From: Candidatus Omnitrophota bacterium
Lineage (GTDB): Bacteria; Omnitrophota; Gorgyraeia; Duberdicusellales; 4484-171
Direction: 5' to 3'
DNA length: 64,000 bases
Assembly (NCBI GenBank): GCA_041652815.1
Contig: JBAZGN010000001.1
Coordinates: 97,363-161,362 of the forward strand
Numbering within the stretch: position 1 is the first letter of the stretch; each line of letters begins with the position of its first letter. Positions 27,318 through 37,702 of this stretch are shown in pieces. The notes under the pieces were generated by a model. It was given only the letters and a program-made list of their open reading frames with translations. It made no database searches and was not told where the DNA came from. Position numbers and translations under genes: made by a program.

Positions 27318-28013
27318 TCATTTGAACTTATTCTTCCATTTGAAAGCTATAACAATTGAGATGATAAAATAAATAAGCACAAGAAAGGTAATTAGACTGT
27401 TTTTTTGGTAATATTGCATTATTTTTTCAAAAGAAAACCCCCCGACAGAAGCCATTATGAATTGTATCCAGAATATTCTTGGAGGCGAAGCCAAGATAAC
27501 CGCGGCTAAATATTTTCTAAAGCTTACCTTGCTTAAACCAAAACCGGCATCCAAAACTCTGTAAGGAATCAAGGGAAGCAGCCTTAGCATAAATATCCAG
27601 CTGAAACTTATATTTTCCAGGTTTTCATAAAAATTTTTGAATTTTCCTTTAAGTATTTTTTCCACAAAATCCCGGCCGAGAATTTTGCTTATATTAAAAA
27701 ACAAAAATGCATTTATTATTTCGGCAATATAAATAAACAAAGTACTAAGGTATGCGCCGAAAATGACTGCCGCAACAGGCTTCAACAGGTCTTTTACATC
27801 CCAAAATACAACGAAATTTGCCAAGACATAAAGCATTATAAAAACCAGGGATGAATATATCAAAGGAGTTTTTTTAAGGAAAGTATTTATTTTTTCTAAA
27901 TTCCCGGAGAAAAAATGGCCCAGAATGACAATAACACCTATCAGACAAAAAACTGCTATTGCTTTGGCTAATATTTTTTTAAATTTATTTTTTTCTTCCA
28001 TAATCAGCCCCAA
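27318..28013 (-). CDS. TVP38/TMEM64 (DedA-related) family membrane protein
   Basis: Typical LLPLIPYRVLDAGFGLS re-entrant motif. Confidence 0.7.
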   Translation of the reverse strand: MGLIMEEKNKFKKILAKAIAVFCLIGVIVILGHFFSGNLEKINTFLKKTPLIYSSLVFIMLYVLANFVVFWDVKDLLKPVAAVIFGAYLSTLFIYIAEIINAFLFFNISKILGRDFVEKILKGKFKNFYENLENISFSWIFMLRLLPLIPYRVLDAGFGLSKVSFRKYLAAVILASPPRIFWIQFIMASVGGFSFEKIMQYYQKNSLITFLVLIYFIISIVIAFKWKNKFK

Positions 28014-29020
28014 AGGGCATACAACTGACCGCAGGAAGCCCGAATATCCTGCCCGCGCGATTTTCTTAAAGTATAAAATAATCCTGCCTTTTCAAGCTCA
28101 TTGCAGAAATCTTCCACCTCCGAAAGCGTAGGCTGCCTGAAAGCCCCCTGGGATGCGTTATAAGGTATCAGGTTAATTTTACAATTCATACCCCGAAGCA
28201 GCCGGATTAACTTTTGCGCATCCAGTTTACTTGTATTAAGCGAACCAAATAATGCGTATTCAAAAGTAACCGGATATTTTTCGCTCTCGCTAAAACTCTT
28301 TAAGGCTTTCATAAGCTCGCCTAAAGGGTATTTGCGGTTTACCGGCATAATTTTGGAACGTATTTCACAATCAGCCGAATGCAGTGACACCGATAGTTTC
28401 ACTCCCAGCTTAAGCTTGGAAAGTTGTTGTATCTGCGGTATGATACCGCACGTTGAAATAGAAATTCTTCTTTTACCAAAATCCAACCCCTTATGCTCGG
28501 TAAATATCCTGATAGCCTTAACTATCATTTCGAAATTATCGAGCGGCTCCCCTATTCCCATAAATACCATATTTGTTATCGGGTTATTGCTCAAATCAGA
28601 AACTGCTAGATACTGATTTACTATTTCGCCTGCGGTTAGATTCCTTTTAAGTCCGCGAGAGCCGCTTAAGCAAAATTTACAGCTGTATTTGCACCCTACC
28701 TGGCTTGACAGGCAAAGAGTAAACCTGTTACCTTCAGGAATAAATACTGACTCTATACTTGCACCATCATTTAACTCAAAAAGGAATTTTTCTGTTTTGT
28801 CTAAAGACGTTTCCCGCTTTAATATTTTTAATTTTGAAAAATAGAAATTTTCTAAAAGCAAACTCTTTGTTTCTTTTGAAACGTCGGTCATCAAATCAAA
28901 ATTCTCAATCCTCTTTGCATATATCCAGTTAAAAATCTGACAAGCACAATAGGAAACAACTCCTTTTTCCGAAAGAGCGCTTTTAAGCTCGCTAAGTGTA
29001 TAATTTTTTACATCTTCTGT
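28004..29020 (-). CDS. rlmN: 23S rRNA / tRNA m2A methyltransferase RlmN (radical SAM)
   Basis: CLSSQVGCKYSCKFC, MGIGEPLDN, and C-terminal Cys. Start chosen at MTEDVKNY. Confidence 0.85.
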   Translation of the reverse strand, partial: TEDVKNYTLSELKSALSEKGVVSYCACQIFNWIYAKRIENFDLMTDVSKETKSLLLENFYFSKLKILKRETSLDKTEKFLFELNDGASIESVFIPEGNRFTLCLSSQVGCKYSCKFCLSGSRGLKRNLTAGEIVNQYLAVSDLSNNPITNMVFMGIGEPLDNFEMIVKAIRIFTEHKGLDFGKRRISISTCGIIPQIQQLSKLKLGVKLSVSLHSADCEIRSKIMPVNRKYPLGELMKALKSFSESEKYPVTFEYALFGSLNTSKLDAQKLIRLLRGMNCKINLIPYNASQGAFRQPTLSEVEDFCNELEKAGLFYTLRKSRGQDIRASCGQLYALWG

Positions 29021-29203
29021 CATGATAATAGCTTTGAAACGCAGATGATCGCAGATCATTTTACAATAAATTTCTATTAATTTCTTAATTTCTACCAATT
29101 TCTATTACCATTGAAATTTATAGAAATTTGCTTTGCGAAATTGAGAAATTATTTATTAAATAATTTGTGATCATCTGCTTTAAAATCTGTAATTATCTGT
29201 GTG

Positions 29204-29758
29204 TTAAAAAGAAAGGGCGAGGTCTTTATCGTCTTTCAAATTTTTTAATGTAACAACGGTAGGCGCAATATCAATTACAATAAAATCGCCTATTGCATCT
29301 GACTTCCTAAGAGTTTTGCCGTTTATTATGGCAAAGGGGGAGTTTTCATCATAAACTATTCCCTGCAAGCTATATACGGGAAGGCCTGGTGCATTATTTA
29401 ATGCCGGGCTATCGGCTGTAGGGCTTATACTTTTTACCTCAGGTGTTTCAGCTCTTACTTGTATAATATCTGCCTTAGCAGGCTGATATGTTTCGTTTTT
29501 GTTTTTCCCAATTTCTTGTTTATCTAAATAGCTTTTTACGGTTTGCAATCGCAAATTCCGGCTAGAAAAATATGTCCCGACAACTATCAGAATTGTCGAG
29601 ATTGTACATATAGCAATTAGCGCATAAAATGTTAAGTTCATTTTTTTAGACGATTTAGGCGGGCTATTATTTATACCGGACGGCATGTGGTTGGCCTTAG
29701 GAATATTACCACCCGTATTAGTTTCTACTTTTTTTAATGCTTCGTAAATTATGCTCAT
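29204..29758 (-). CDS. GspB/ExeB-like secretin-assembly accessory protein
   Basis: TM anchor, Pro/Ser-rich linker, C-terminal GIVYDENSPFAIINGKTLRKSDAIGDFIVIDI domain. Located next to exeA. Confidence 0.45.
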   Translation of the reverse strand: MSIIYEALKKVETNTGGNIPKANHMPSGINNSPPKSSKKMNLTFYALIAICTISTILIVVGTYFSSRNLRLQTVKSYLDKQEIGKNKNETYQPAKADIIQVRAETPEVKSISPTADSPALNNAPGLPVYSLQGIVYDENSPFAIINGKTLRKSDAIGDFIVIDIAPTVVTLKNLKDDKDLALSF

Positions 29759-29770
29759 CGCTTCGCTCCA

Positions 29771-29863
29771 TAGAAGCGGATTCACGCGGATGTTTACGCG
29801 GATTTACGCACAATAATTCGTTGGCGTTTATCCGCGTATAAATCCGCGGCTATCCGCTTCTAT
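29771..29863. repeat. Second full copy (inverted) of the tagaagcggat MITE-like element
   Basis: Reverse complement aligns with 12885-12976, including the internal block gcggatttatacgcggataaacgc. Confidence 0.65.
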
Positions 29864-30660
29864 TATTTGAGTTCCTCGATACACGCCCTGAAAATTTCGG
29901 CGTCGAAAACCTTTTTTTCTTTGGTAAAACCACAAAGCAAGGCCCGGTCGCAAAGAACATTTATGAGCCTGGGTATTCCCTTTGAAAATTCATAAATTAA
30001 ATTGTAGCTTTCCGGCAAAATTTCAATATCAGCCTTGCCGGCAGTATTTAGGCGAAATTCTATATAATTTTTTACCTCTTCCGGTGCCAACGGCAAAATA
30101 TTATATTTAACGCATATGCGCTGGCGTATTTGCCTTAAATTAAACTGCTCTAATTTAGTCTTAAGCTCCGGCTGGCCCACAAGAATTATCTGGAGAAGTT
30201 TGTCTTGGGATGTCTCAAGATTAGAAAGCAGCCTTATTTGCTCAAGCTGCCGAGCAGTCAAATTCTGGGCTTCATCTATTATCAGAACAGCATTACTTCC
30301 CTTGGAATTTATATCGACCAGAAATTCGTTAAGCTTTTTTATTATTTCCAGGCGGTTTTTCTTTACAAGGTTTAACCCGAAATCTTCAATTACTGCACAA
30401 AGCAGCTGGACATCGCTAAAGGATGGATTAAGTATAAACGACGTTTTTATCTCACGCGGGAGCATAGAAAGTAAGGTTTTGCATAGCGTAGTTTTTCCTG
30501 TGCCTACCTCTCCCGTAATAAGCATAAGCCCGGTTTTAGAAGAAATTCCATACAAAAGGCAAGAAAGCGCTTCCTTATGAGAAATACTTTCAAAAAAAAA
30601 GTTTGGGTTGCTTGTTATATTAAAAGGAAGGGTTTTTAAGCCGTAAAATTTGGCATACAT
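29863..30660 (-). CDS. ExeA/GspA-family AAA+ ATPase (secretin assembly)
   Basis: Walker A GEVGTGKTT and Walker B VLIIDEAQNL. COG3267-like. Confidence 0.7.
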   Translation of the reverse strand: MYAKFYGLKTLPFNITSNPNFFFESISHKEALSCLLYGISSKTGLMLITGEVGTGKTTLCKTLLSMLPREIKTSFILNPSFSDVQLLCAVIEDFGLNLVKKNRLEIIKKLNEFLVDINSKGSNAVLIIDEAQNLTARQLEQIRLLSNLETSQDKLLQIILVGQPELKTKLEQFNLRQIRQRICVKYNILPLAPEEVKNYIEFRLNTAGKADIEILPESYNLIYEFSKGIPRLINVLCDRALLCGFTKEKKVFDAEIFRACIEELK

Positions 30661-30665
30661 TTTAT

Positions 30666-32228
30666 TTATCTTTTGACTTCGAATGCTTTCGAAACACTTG
30701 CGGAACCTATATTTATGGTTTCCGGCGGAACTTTTTCCTCCGGCTTTATAATATGCACTGTTATAAATATCAACAGGTCAATTTTTTGTGAATAATACGA
30801 ATCGCGGCCGAAAGCCCAACCTACCAATGGAAGGTCTTTAAGCACGGGTATCCCTGTTCTTTCTTTTGCTTTTCTGTCCTTAAGCAGGCCGCCCATAACT
30901 ATCGTATCGCCATCTTTGACTACGATTTGCGTTTGGGCTTCTCTTGTGTCGATTATGGGATACTCTGCAAGGATAGTTGTTCCGCTTTGAATCTTACTTG
31001 TGCCATTCTGAGTGGATACAACAGGATGGATAATCATATTTATGTACTCGTCCCGCTCTCCGCATGCCTGGGGAACAACATTTAGCTGTATGCCTATATC
31101 CTGATACTTATCCAGAGACCCGCCGATTATCTGCGAACTCTGCTCGCTAACCTGTGTTTTTAAGATGGGAAATTTTGTTCCAACCATGATAGAAGCTTCC
31201 TGATTGTTAAGCGTAAGTATGCTTGGCGCGGAAAGCGTATTTGTATTTACATCATTTTCAAGAGCATGCATAACTATTTCAAATTCTGCTCCGGTAAGAT
31301 GCTTAAAATCTATTTTTAAGCCCGTATTATTCTCGGTAAGGGAAGTACCCGTCGGAAAAACAGATGGGGTTTGCCCGGAAAGAGAATGCCCGCCCAAAGT
31401 CTTTGTGTTTTTTCCGCTTAGGTTAAGTTGGTCAAATGCAAACGTAGCACTTGATGCGCCGGTTGTCCCTGTTCCGAATTCAAAACCAATATCCCGCAAA
31501 AGATTTCTGTCAACCTCCATAACTCTCGTTTTTATGAGGATTTGCTGCGGCATTACATCTATTTCCTTAAGAAGCTTTTCTATCTCATCGAGGCTCTTGG
31601 ATATATCCGAGACAACAAGGACTTTTGTTCTTGAGATTTGGCCTTCCTCTGCCCTTTTACGTTTAGCCACATCGTCTCCGAATTCCCAACCAGCTTGCCC
31701 GGTTGCCTCAAGAACCGAAGCTTTGCCTACCGGAGAAAGCAATGATTCAATGGCTTTTTTTGCATCATTTGCATCCAAGTATTTAAGTTTAAACACTTTT
31801 AACTTGGGCACTTCTATTTCCTGCCTTTCTTTTTCCTGGACATCTTTTTCTTTTATTTCATCAACTGTCGCAACAAGAATTATATTGTCGCCGCTCCATT
31901 TATAGCTATATCCATAGGCATCCAAAACACCTTTAAGGGCGGTTTGCCAATCGACACTCTCTAAATTAACGCTCACTAAGCCTTCTACTTTAGGGCTTAC
32001 TACTATATTTACCTTTTTGCCGTTTTTTACAGCTTTCTGGGATATCGATTGCAAAACAACTTTAATGTCTGCGTCCTTAAATTTGATAACAGGAATTACC
32101 TCCTGGGAAAATGAAACAAAAATGGCGATAGAAGAAAAAACAAATAAAACAAAAATTGCCAAAAAAAGCCTTGAAAGGTTTTTTGATTTATAATCAGAAA
32201 TTATCTGTATTATCCTGGATATTTTCAT
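30666..32228 (-). CDS. pilQ: Type IV pilus / T2SS secretin
   Basis: C-terminal secretin domain (…IVMGGLLKDRKAKERTGIPVLKDLPLVGWAFG…). Confidence 0.8.
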   Translation of the reverse strand: MKISRIIQIISDYKSKNLSRLFLAIFVLFVFSSIAIFVSFSQEVIPVIKFKDADIKVVLQSISQKAVKNGKKVNIVVSPKVEGLVSVNLESVDWQTALKGVLDAYGYSYKWSGDNIILVATVDEIKEKDVQEKERQEIEVPKLKVFKLKYLDANDAKKAIESLLSPVGKASVLEATGQAGWEFGDDVAKRKRAEEGQISRTKVLVVSDISKSLDEIEKLLKEIDVMPQQILIKTRVMEVDRNLLRDIGFEFGTGTTGASSATFAFDQLNLSGKNTKTLGGHSLSGQTPSVFPTGTSLTENNTGLKIDFKHLTGAEFEIVMHALENDVNTNTLSAPSILTLNNQEASIMVGTKFPILKTQVSEQSSQIIGGSLDKYQDIGIQLNVVPQACGERDEYINMIIHPVVSTQNGTSKIQSGTTILAEYPIIDTREAQTQIVVKDGDTIVMGGLLKDRKAKERTGIPVLKDLPLVGWAFGRDSYYSQKIDLLIFITVHIIKPEEKVPPETINIGSASVSKAFEVKR

Positions 32229-32613
32229 TATTTTCCTCCAGTTTTAAAATAATTACTTCTTTGCCTTTCTGCAGGATGACCTTTTTTCTGCTTATTTTCA
32301 TAACTCTATAATCATCTATTATATCACTTTCCTTGAATACTTCATCACCTATAATAGCAACACTGCCATCTTTTGAATAGATAATACCTTTTAAAACCAA
32401 TCCCGCCGGGCCGATATTCTTTTTTACAAGTAATTGCCCGGTTTCGGTTATAAGCGGAGAGAATGGGTCACGCTGTTCGTTGGTAAAAGGGTATTTATTA
32501 TTTTCGCAAATACCTTTAAGCTGCGAAACAAACAAATAAAGCATACACAGTAATGATAATCCTAACCCTATTCCAACCGTACGATAATTTATCAATTTTT
32601 TAGAAGTAAACAT
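32194..32613 (-). CDS. pilP: Pilus assembly lipoprotein PilP-like
   Basis: TM/lipobox, then C-terminal LKGIIYSKDGSVAIIGDEVFKESDII beta-domain. Confidence 0.6.
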   Translation of the reverse strand: MFTSKKLINYRTVGIGLGLSLLCMLYLFVSQLKGICENNKYPFTNEQRDPFSPLITETGQLLVKKNIGPAGLVLKGIIYSKDGSVAIIGDEVFKESDIIDDYRVMKISRKKVILQKGKEVIILKLEENNENIQDNTDNF

Positions 32614-32657
32614 ACTTAATGAATTCCATTAAAACTAAACTCGCGATTTTCTTGTAT

Positions 32658-32756
32658 TAACCCCGCACCAGAACTCACTCCGCTCCTTCGGTGCGGGGTT
32701 AATTCGGCTACGCAACTTTTCGACACCTTTCAGGCTTGAAAAGTTGCTGCCTCATT
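32658..32756. repeat. aattcggctacg...ctgcctcatta family copy, intra-operon between pilO and pilP
   Basis: ccccgcacc...ggtgcgggg hairpin, then ttaattcggctacgcaacttttc...gaaaagttgctgcctcatta. Confidence 0.6.
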
Positions 32757-33294
32757 AATTTTCTTTTATTAAACCGCATATTACCATTTCTATCGAATGA
32801 TACGGAGAATCTGATAAAATCTGCATCTCCAAAACGTCAAAAAAATACTTGCCGGTTTGAAGGAAATCCATAAATTGCGCAAAGTTATGAAAAGAGCCTA
32901 TGGCACTTATGGTAATTGGCAGGCATTTAAACTTGCCAATTTTGCTCGCTGCATAATCCTGCAAAGCTTGTGGCTTTATTACTTTTATTTGCACACTGAA
33001 GTTTTTGCTTTCTGTAGAAATATAAGAAAACAGCGCTGAATCCTGCTGGGGCAGTATAAACTTTTCTCGCATATCGTCTATTTCCTTCGTAAGGGTTTCA
33101 CTCTTGCTTACATACCTATCTTTATTTGGCCATTCTTTTTCAATTGTTGCAAGGTCTTGCCTTATTTTGGATATTTTTTTATTTATATTGAAAACTATAC
33201 CTGCGCCTAAAACCAACAAAATAATTTCGCCAATTGACACAATCACTAAAACAATGGCTACAATAATATTTTTATCTAACTTTAGTTTGCGCAT
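32755..33294 (-). CDS. pilO: Type IV pilus assembly protein PilO
   Basis: N-terminal TM plus coiled coil, in PilO position. Confidence 0.65.
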   Translation of the reverse strand: MRKLKLDKNIIVAIVLVIVSIGEIILLVLGAGIVFNINKKISKIRQDLATIEKEWPNKDRYVSKSETLTKEIDDMREKFILPQQDSALFSYISTESKNFSVQIKVIKPQALQDYAASKIGKFKCLPITISAIGSFHNFAQFMDFLQTGKYFFDVLEMQILSDSPYHSIEMVICGLIKEN

Positions 33295-33836
33295 TCTATA
33301 TAAAATTCAAGCACTTCCGCTCCGTTAAAATTATTCTTTTGCGAGTCCTTTATATTTATCTTTTTAAACCTGGAGTTGAAATATTCTTTAGCCTTTAAAT
33401 TATTGATGAACTTTTCTAAAGAAACAAGGTAATCTTCATCGATTTTAACTACATACCCTCTTATATCCAACGTATCTTTTTTTAAGCCCATGGTATTAAA
33501 CCATATATTTTTAGGAAGAGAAGAAAAAATATCTTCGAAGACCTTTGCCATTTGGTTTTTGGGTGTAAGTATTCTTTTAAACTCATTCCTGTCGCTTTCA
33601 AGCCCGGCTATATCTTTTTTTATCTTGTTAATTGTTTCGTATCTTTCTTTCCATTTTGACCATTTAATATCTTCATATTTATAGACGCTCGCGCGCATTG
33701 CAATGAAAACCCCGAGGGCTATGATAATAGCTAATAAAAAAATGGCGGCCAGGCCGGAATAATAAGAAAAATCTTTCACAAAAATGTTTTCTTCTTTTTT
33801 CTGCTTTGGGCTTAGATTTATATATATATTATCCAT
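33282..33836 (-). CDS. pilN: Type IV pilus assembly protein PilN
   Basis: Bitopic protein with TM IFLLAIIIALGVFIA, in PilN position. Confidence 0.65.
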   Translation of the reverse strand: MDNIYINLSPKQKKEENIFVKDFSYYSGLAAIFLLAIIIALGVFIAMRASVYKYEDIKWSKWKERYETINKIKKDIAGLESDRNEFKRILTPKNQMAKVFEDIFSSLPKNIWFNTMGLKKDTLDIRGYVVKIDEDYLVSLEKFINNLKAKEYFNSRFKKINIKDSQKNNFNGAEVLEFYIECAN

Positions 33837-33848
33837 GGCTTTAGCGCT

Positions 33849-34832
33849 CTATAGCACAAGGCCGCTGCTTACCGCAAAGGTATTTTTTAAGCTATTGAAT
33901 TGCTCCGGGCTAAAAGCTGATTTCAAATTTAAAAGATTATCCAAAGACAAGACCGTAGATTCAAGATGCTCCTTAAATAATGCGTCTATGCCGATAACTG
34001 AAGAAAGCCCGCCGGTTAAAAAAACCTTTTCTATGCGTTCTCCTTTATTCACCTCGAAATAATCAAAAGAGCTTTTGACCTCTTTACATAACGCCGTTAC
34101 ATTATCTTGTGATAATTCCAAAAATTCTTTATGATTTTCGGATAGGCTCACCCATTTGTCTATTTCCTCAAACGGTATATTTTTTATATGCGATATAATA
34201 CTTAAAATATCCTTTGTGCCGAATGTTAAATCCCTTGTCATAAACGGAATGCCATTTTTTAAAACAGTAAGCGTAGAAAACCCGTAACCGATATCAAGGA
34301 CGCTGGTGTTGATTTTCCTCTCCTCTTTGTAATAATTCAAAAAAACATTAACCAGGCATATGCTATCAAGGCTTATATCCAGGATTTCTTTTTTTTCCTT
34401 CTCGAAGATATCTATAGTGTTATTTATAAGTTCTTTCTTGGCTACGGCAAGCAACAGAAACATATCGGCTGGGTTTTCTTCCAAAATAGAAAAATCAAAA
34501 TATACTTCTTCCGGGGAAAAAGGAATATGCTTATTCAATTCATAAAAAAGTGTTTGTTTAATTTTATTTTTATCGAGCCTGGGAAAGTTGAAATACCTGA
34601 CTAGCGTTGAATGGTCTTTGAGGGATATTTTTACTTTGTTGGTTGTGATATTTTTTTCTTGCCATATTTGTTTCAGGGCGTCCGGAAAAGCTTTTCTTTC
34701 CTTTATGAAATAGTCCCTAATACGGCCGCCGCGGACGATCAGCCCTTTTACATAATAGTTGCCTATATTAATACCAACGAAATCCTGAGTTTCTTTTTTT
34801 AAAAATTTATTGAACAGGGGGATCGCTTTCAC
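33849..34832 (-). CDS. pilM: Type IV pilus assembly ATPase-fold protein PilM
   Basis: Actin-like fold (VGINIGNYYVKGLIV...LDIGYGFSTL). Confidence 0.75.
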   Translation of the reverse strand: MKAIPLFNKFLKKETQDFVGINIGNYYVKGLIVRGGRIRDYFIKERKAFPDALKQIWQEKNITTNKVKISLKDHSTLVRYFNFPRLDKNKIKQTLFYELNKHIPFSPEEVYFDFSILEENPADMFLLLAVAKKELINNTIDIFEKEKKEILDISLDSICLVNVFLNYYKEERKINTSVLDIGYGFSTLTVLKNGIPFMTRDLTFGTKDILSIISHIKNIPFEEIDKWVSLSENHKEFLELSQDNVTALCKEVKSSFDYFEVNKGERIEKVFLTGGLSSVIGIDALFKEHLESTVLSLDNLLNLKSAFSPEQFNSLKNTFAVSSGLVL

Positions 34833-35265
34833 TCGCTGGCCCTCCTTCTTTCGCCCTTATGATTCCGGTTTCATCCAGATAGAAATATCGGGCACCGGTT
34901 TTACCCGGGCTTTTTGGGCTGGCTAGAAGACGGAAATTATCATCATCTTGGTATTCGTATACGTAGAGATAGCCCGACTTGGCATTATCTATAAAATCTT
35001 TGTCGATATAAGGGGGGTTTGAGTTAGGAGCTACAAGATCATCAAAGTTTTTAGGGTATTTATAATCATTGGTCATAGAATACTGTTGGATTGATTTTCC
35101 TAAAGAACTGAGGTTGCTTATAGTAGCAACCTCATTTGAATTAATTCGGGCGCGCAGTACATTAGGCACCACTAAGACGGCTAATACCAAAATTATGGAT
35201 ACCGCAATCATAATTTCAACAAGAGTAAACCCCTGCTGGAAAATTTTTTCTTTTTGCTTAGTCAT
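34807..35265 (-). CDS. Prepilin-type N-terminal cleavage/methylation-domain protein (pilin or pseudopilin)
   Basis: Leader MTKQKEKIFQQG then FTLVEIMIAVSIILVLA. Confidence 0.75.
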   Translation of the reverse strand: MTKQKEKIFQQGFTLVEIMIAVSIILVLAVLVVPNVLRARINSNEVATISNLSSLGKSIQQYSMTNDYKYPKNFDDLVAPNSNPPYIDKDFIDNAKSGYLYVYEYQDDDNFRLLASPKSPGKTGARYFYLDETGIIRAKEGGPASESDPPVQ

Positions 35266-35518
35266 TTAGCTAATTAATATATATTAAGGAATGCTTCTTC
35301 TAAAAAAATAACACCTTTTGCCCGCAATAGTATGTGTTGAGGCTAACTTTTTAAAAGTTACTCCCCAATTAAACTCTTAGAAATATATTAATATGGGGAA
35401 TGAGGTTTGTCAATTTATCTCTTTATCCGAAGGAAGGTATCTGAGATTTTTTTGTGGTGAAAATAAAAAGAGGGGCAATATACTTGCCCCTCTTTTATGA
35501 TAAACTTATTTTTGCGGA

Positions 35519-35968
35519 TCAACTAGTTGGCGGTAAAAGTAAACATGCAGCGCGGCTAGCAATAGCTCCTCCAGCTGCCTGAACCCTGATTACGCCATCA
35601 TCAGCTACACAGAATGAACGTGTTCCGGTCTGGTTTGCCGTAACAGGGACAGCGCTAACACAAAAAGTATTTGCATCAGGTGCCGCTTGGGCATCGGCAA
35701 ATACATAACCCTGTTTTCCACCAACATCATCAACTGTTGCATCGATATACGGCGGAACCGCTGCTATCAACTGTGCCAACGTAGCATAAAGAGGATTAAC
35801 GCTTCTGTAACTTTGCTCGACAGCGGAAATAGTACCCAATGTTGACTGAGCTGCTGTTTCATTGGCATTAAGCCTTTGACGTAAAATGTTAGGAATAGAA
35901 ATTGCAGCTAATAACGCGATGATTGCAACAACGATCATAATTTCTACAAGAGTAAAACCTTTTTTCAT
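35519..35968 (-). CDS. pilA: Type IV major pilin
   Basis: MKKG then FTLVEIMIVVAIIALLAAISIPN. C-terminal Cys pair. Coding region is clearly more GC/Ala-rich than its neighbours. Confidence 0.8.
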   Translation of the reverse strand: MKKGFTLVEIMIVVAIIALLAAISIPNILRQRLNANETAAQSTLGTISAVEQSYRSVNPLYATLAQLIAAVPPYIDATVDDVGGKQGYVFADAQAAPDANTFCVSAVPVTANQTGTRSFCVADDGVIRVQAAGGAIASRAACLLLPPTS

Positions 35969-36389
35969 CTTACACCTCCGTTTTTTACCATTTCAAAGCC
36001 CTTTTTTACCTCTTACACCTCCTTTTTAAGAGCTTTGCTTAATAAAATAATTATAAAGAAATATCTCAAATTAAGGTTAAATTAGGTAAAAGATTAGAGA
36101 ATGAGGGGGTCTGTTTAGATAATTTAGAAGACAGGCTTATAAAGCTCAAATACGGATTATAATAATAAAACACCGTTATTGCCTTATAACCGGTCTTTTA
36201 GCGAAAGATAAGGCCTTTTTACCCCTCACAGAAACCCTGTATTTTAAAGAGCATTCTTTGCTACTTAAAATATAACATATACTCTTGGCGTTGTCAATCC
36301 ACATAAATGCCCGTGGATATTGGGGTTTTTAACTTTTGAAGGTTTAAAAGCCGTAATCGGATAGATTTCAGCCATAAGAGCCCTTCCGG

Positions 36390-37613
36390 CTATTTAGTCA
36401 AATGCTGCGTTATCTGGATAATCGGCAGAAATAAAGAAATAACTATTCCGCCTACAACAATACCCAAAAACACTATAATTAAAGGCTCAATTAAGCTTGA
36501 AAGGCCGGCAACCATAGCGTCAGTCTGCTCTTCGTAAAATTGTGCAACCTTTGAAAGCATTTCTTCAAGCCGGCCACTACGCTCTCCTATCGAAATCATC
36601 CTTACAACCATCGGCGGGAAAATACCTGTTTCCTCAAGCGGGGCGGAGATAGTCTGGCCTTCCTGGATAAACTTTTTTGATTTCATTACTGCCTCTTCTA
36701 TAATCTTGTTGCCTGAAGTTTTTCCGACTATCTCAAGGCATTTTATTATGGGCACACCGCTTTTAATTAAAGTGGAAAAAGTCCTGGCAAATCTTGCTAT
36801 TGCTATCTTTTTAATGAGATCTCCTAATACCGGCAATTTAAGAAGCATTTTATGGTAATTTTTTTTACCCTTATCTGTATTTATATACTTTAAAAATAAA
36901 AATATACTGATACCTAAAAAGATGAGAATGACTATCATATTTTCTTTCTTACTTAAAAAAGTTGAAACATTTATCAATATTTGTGTAGGCAGAGGAAGCT
37001 TGGCGTTTAAGCTGTCAAAAATACCTTTAAAAGTGGGGATTACGCGAATCATGAGAAATGTCGTAATACCTATCGCCATAAGCACAACCACTATTGGATA
37101 ATACATTGCAGAAATTATTTTTTTCTTTAATGCGCTGCTTTTTTCAAGATATACGGAAACCCTGTCCAGAATCGAAGGTAAATTTCCGCTTACCTCTCCT
37201 GCCTCAACCATACTTATGTATATTTCTGGAAATATCCGTGGGTGTTTACCAAAGGCGCTGGATAAAGATGCGCCTTCTTTTACATCTTTTAATATAAAGC
37301 CTAAAGCCTCCTTAAAAGTGTTGCCTTCTACCTGGCTGCGCAATATTTCCAAACACTCAACCACAGGGATACTGCTTTCAATAAGCGTTGTAAATTGACG
37401 GGAAAAAACTACAAGGTCGTCGCTTTTAACGCCTCCTTTAGCTCCGCCTTTCGACCTTTTTTTCGCTTCAGACACGGAAAAAATCATGTATCCTTCTTTT
37501 TGAAGGTACTCAACAAGTTTTTCCTTAGATTCCGCGTCTACGAAACCCTTTACAGTTTTTCCTTCTTTATTTTTTACGGTATATGAAAATGTTAACATAT
37601 CTCTCCAAGTCAA
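36390..37613 (-). CDS. pilC: Type IV pilus inner-membrane platform protein PilC (GspF family)
   Basis: Duplicated T2SS-F domains. Confidence 0.8.
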   Translation of the reverse strand: MTWRDMLTFSYTVKNKEGKTVKGFVDAESKEKLVEYLQKEGYMIFSVSEAKKRSKGGAKGGVKSDDLVVFSRQFTTLIESSIPVVECLEILRSQVEGNTFKEALGFILKDVKEGASLSSAFGKHPRIFPEIYISMVEAGEVSGNLPSILDRVSVYLEKSSALKKKIISAMYYPIVVVLMAIGITTFLMIRVIPTFKGIFDSLNAKLPLPTQILINVSTFLSKKENMIVILIFLGISIFLFLKYINTDKGKKNYHKMLLKLPVLGDLIKKIAIARFARTFSTLIKSGVPIIKCLEIVGKTSGNKIIEEAVMKSKKFIQEGQTISAPLEETGIFPPMVVRMISIGERSGRLEEMLSKVAQFYEEQTDAMVAGLSSLIEPLIIVFLGIVVGGIVISLFLPIIQITQHLTK

Positions 37614-37702
37614 AACTAAAATTTGATGATAGATTCTAGATGCTGGATGCTCGTTGAAAGGTTTTTACTATCATCTAGTATCAAGTATCTATCTGGACGG
37701 CT

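Noticed and set aside
35266-36389. Sigma54 (GG-N10-GC) promoter upstream of pilA
   Set aside because: No convincing TGGCAC-N5-TTGC match was found. Only a duplicated GGAGGTGTAAG RBS-like segment is present.
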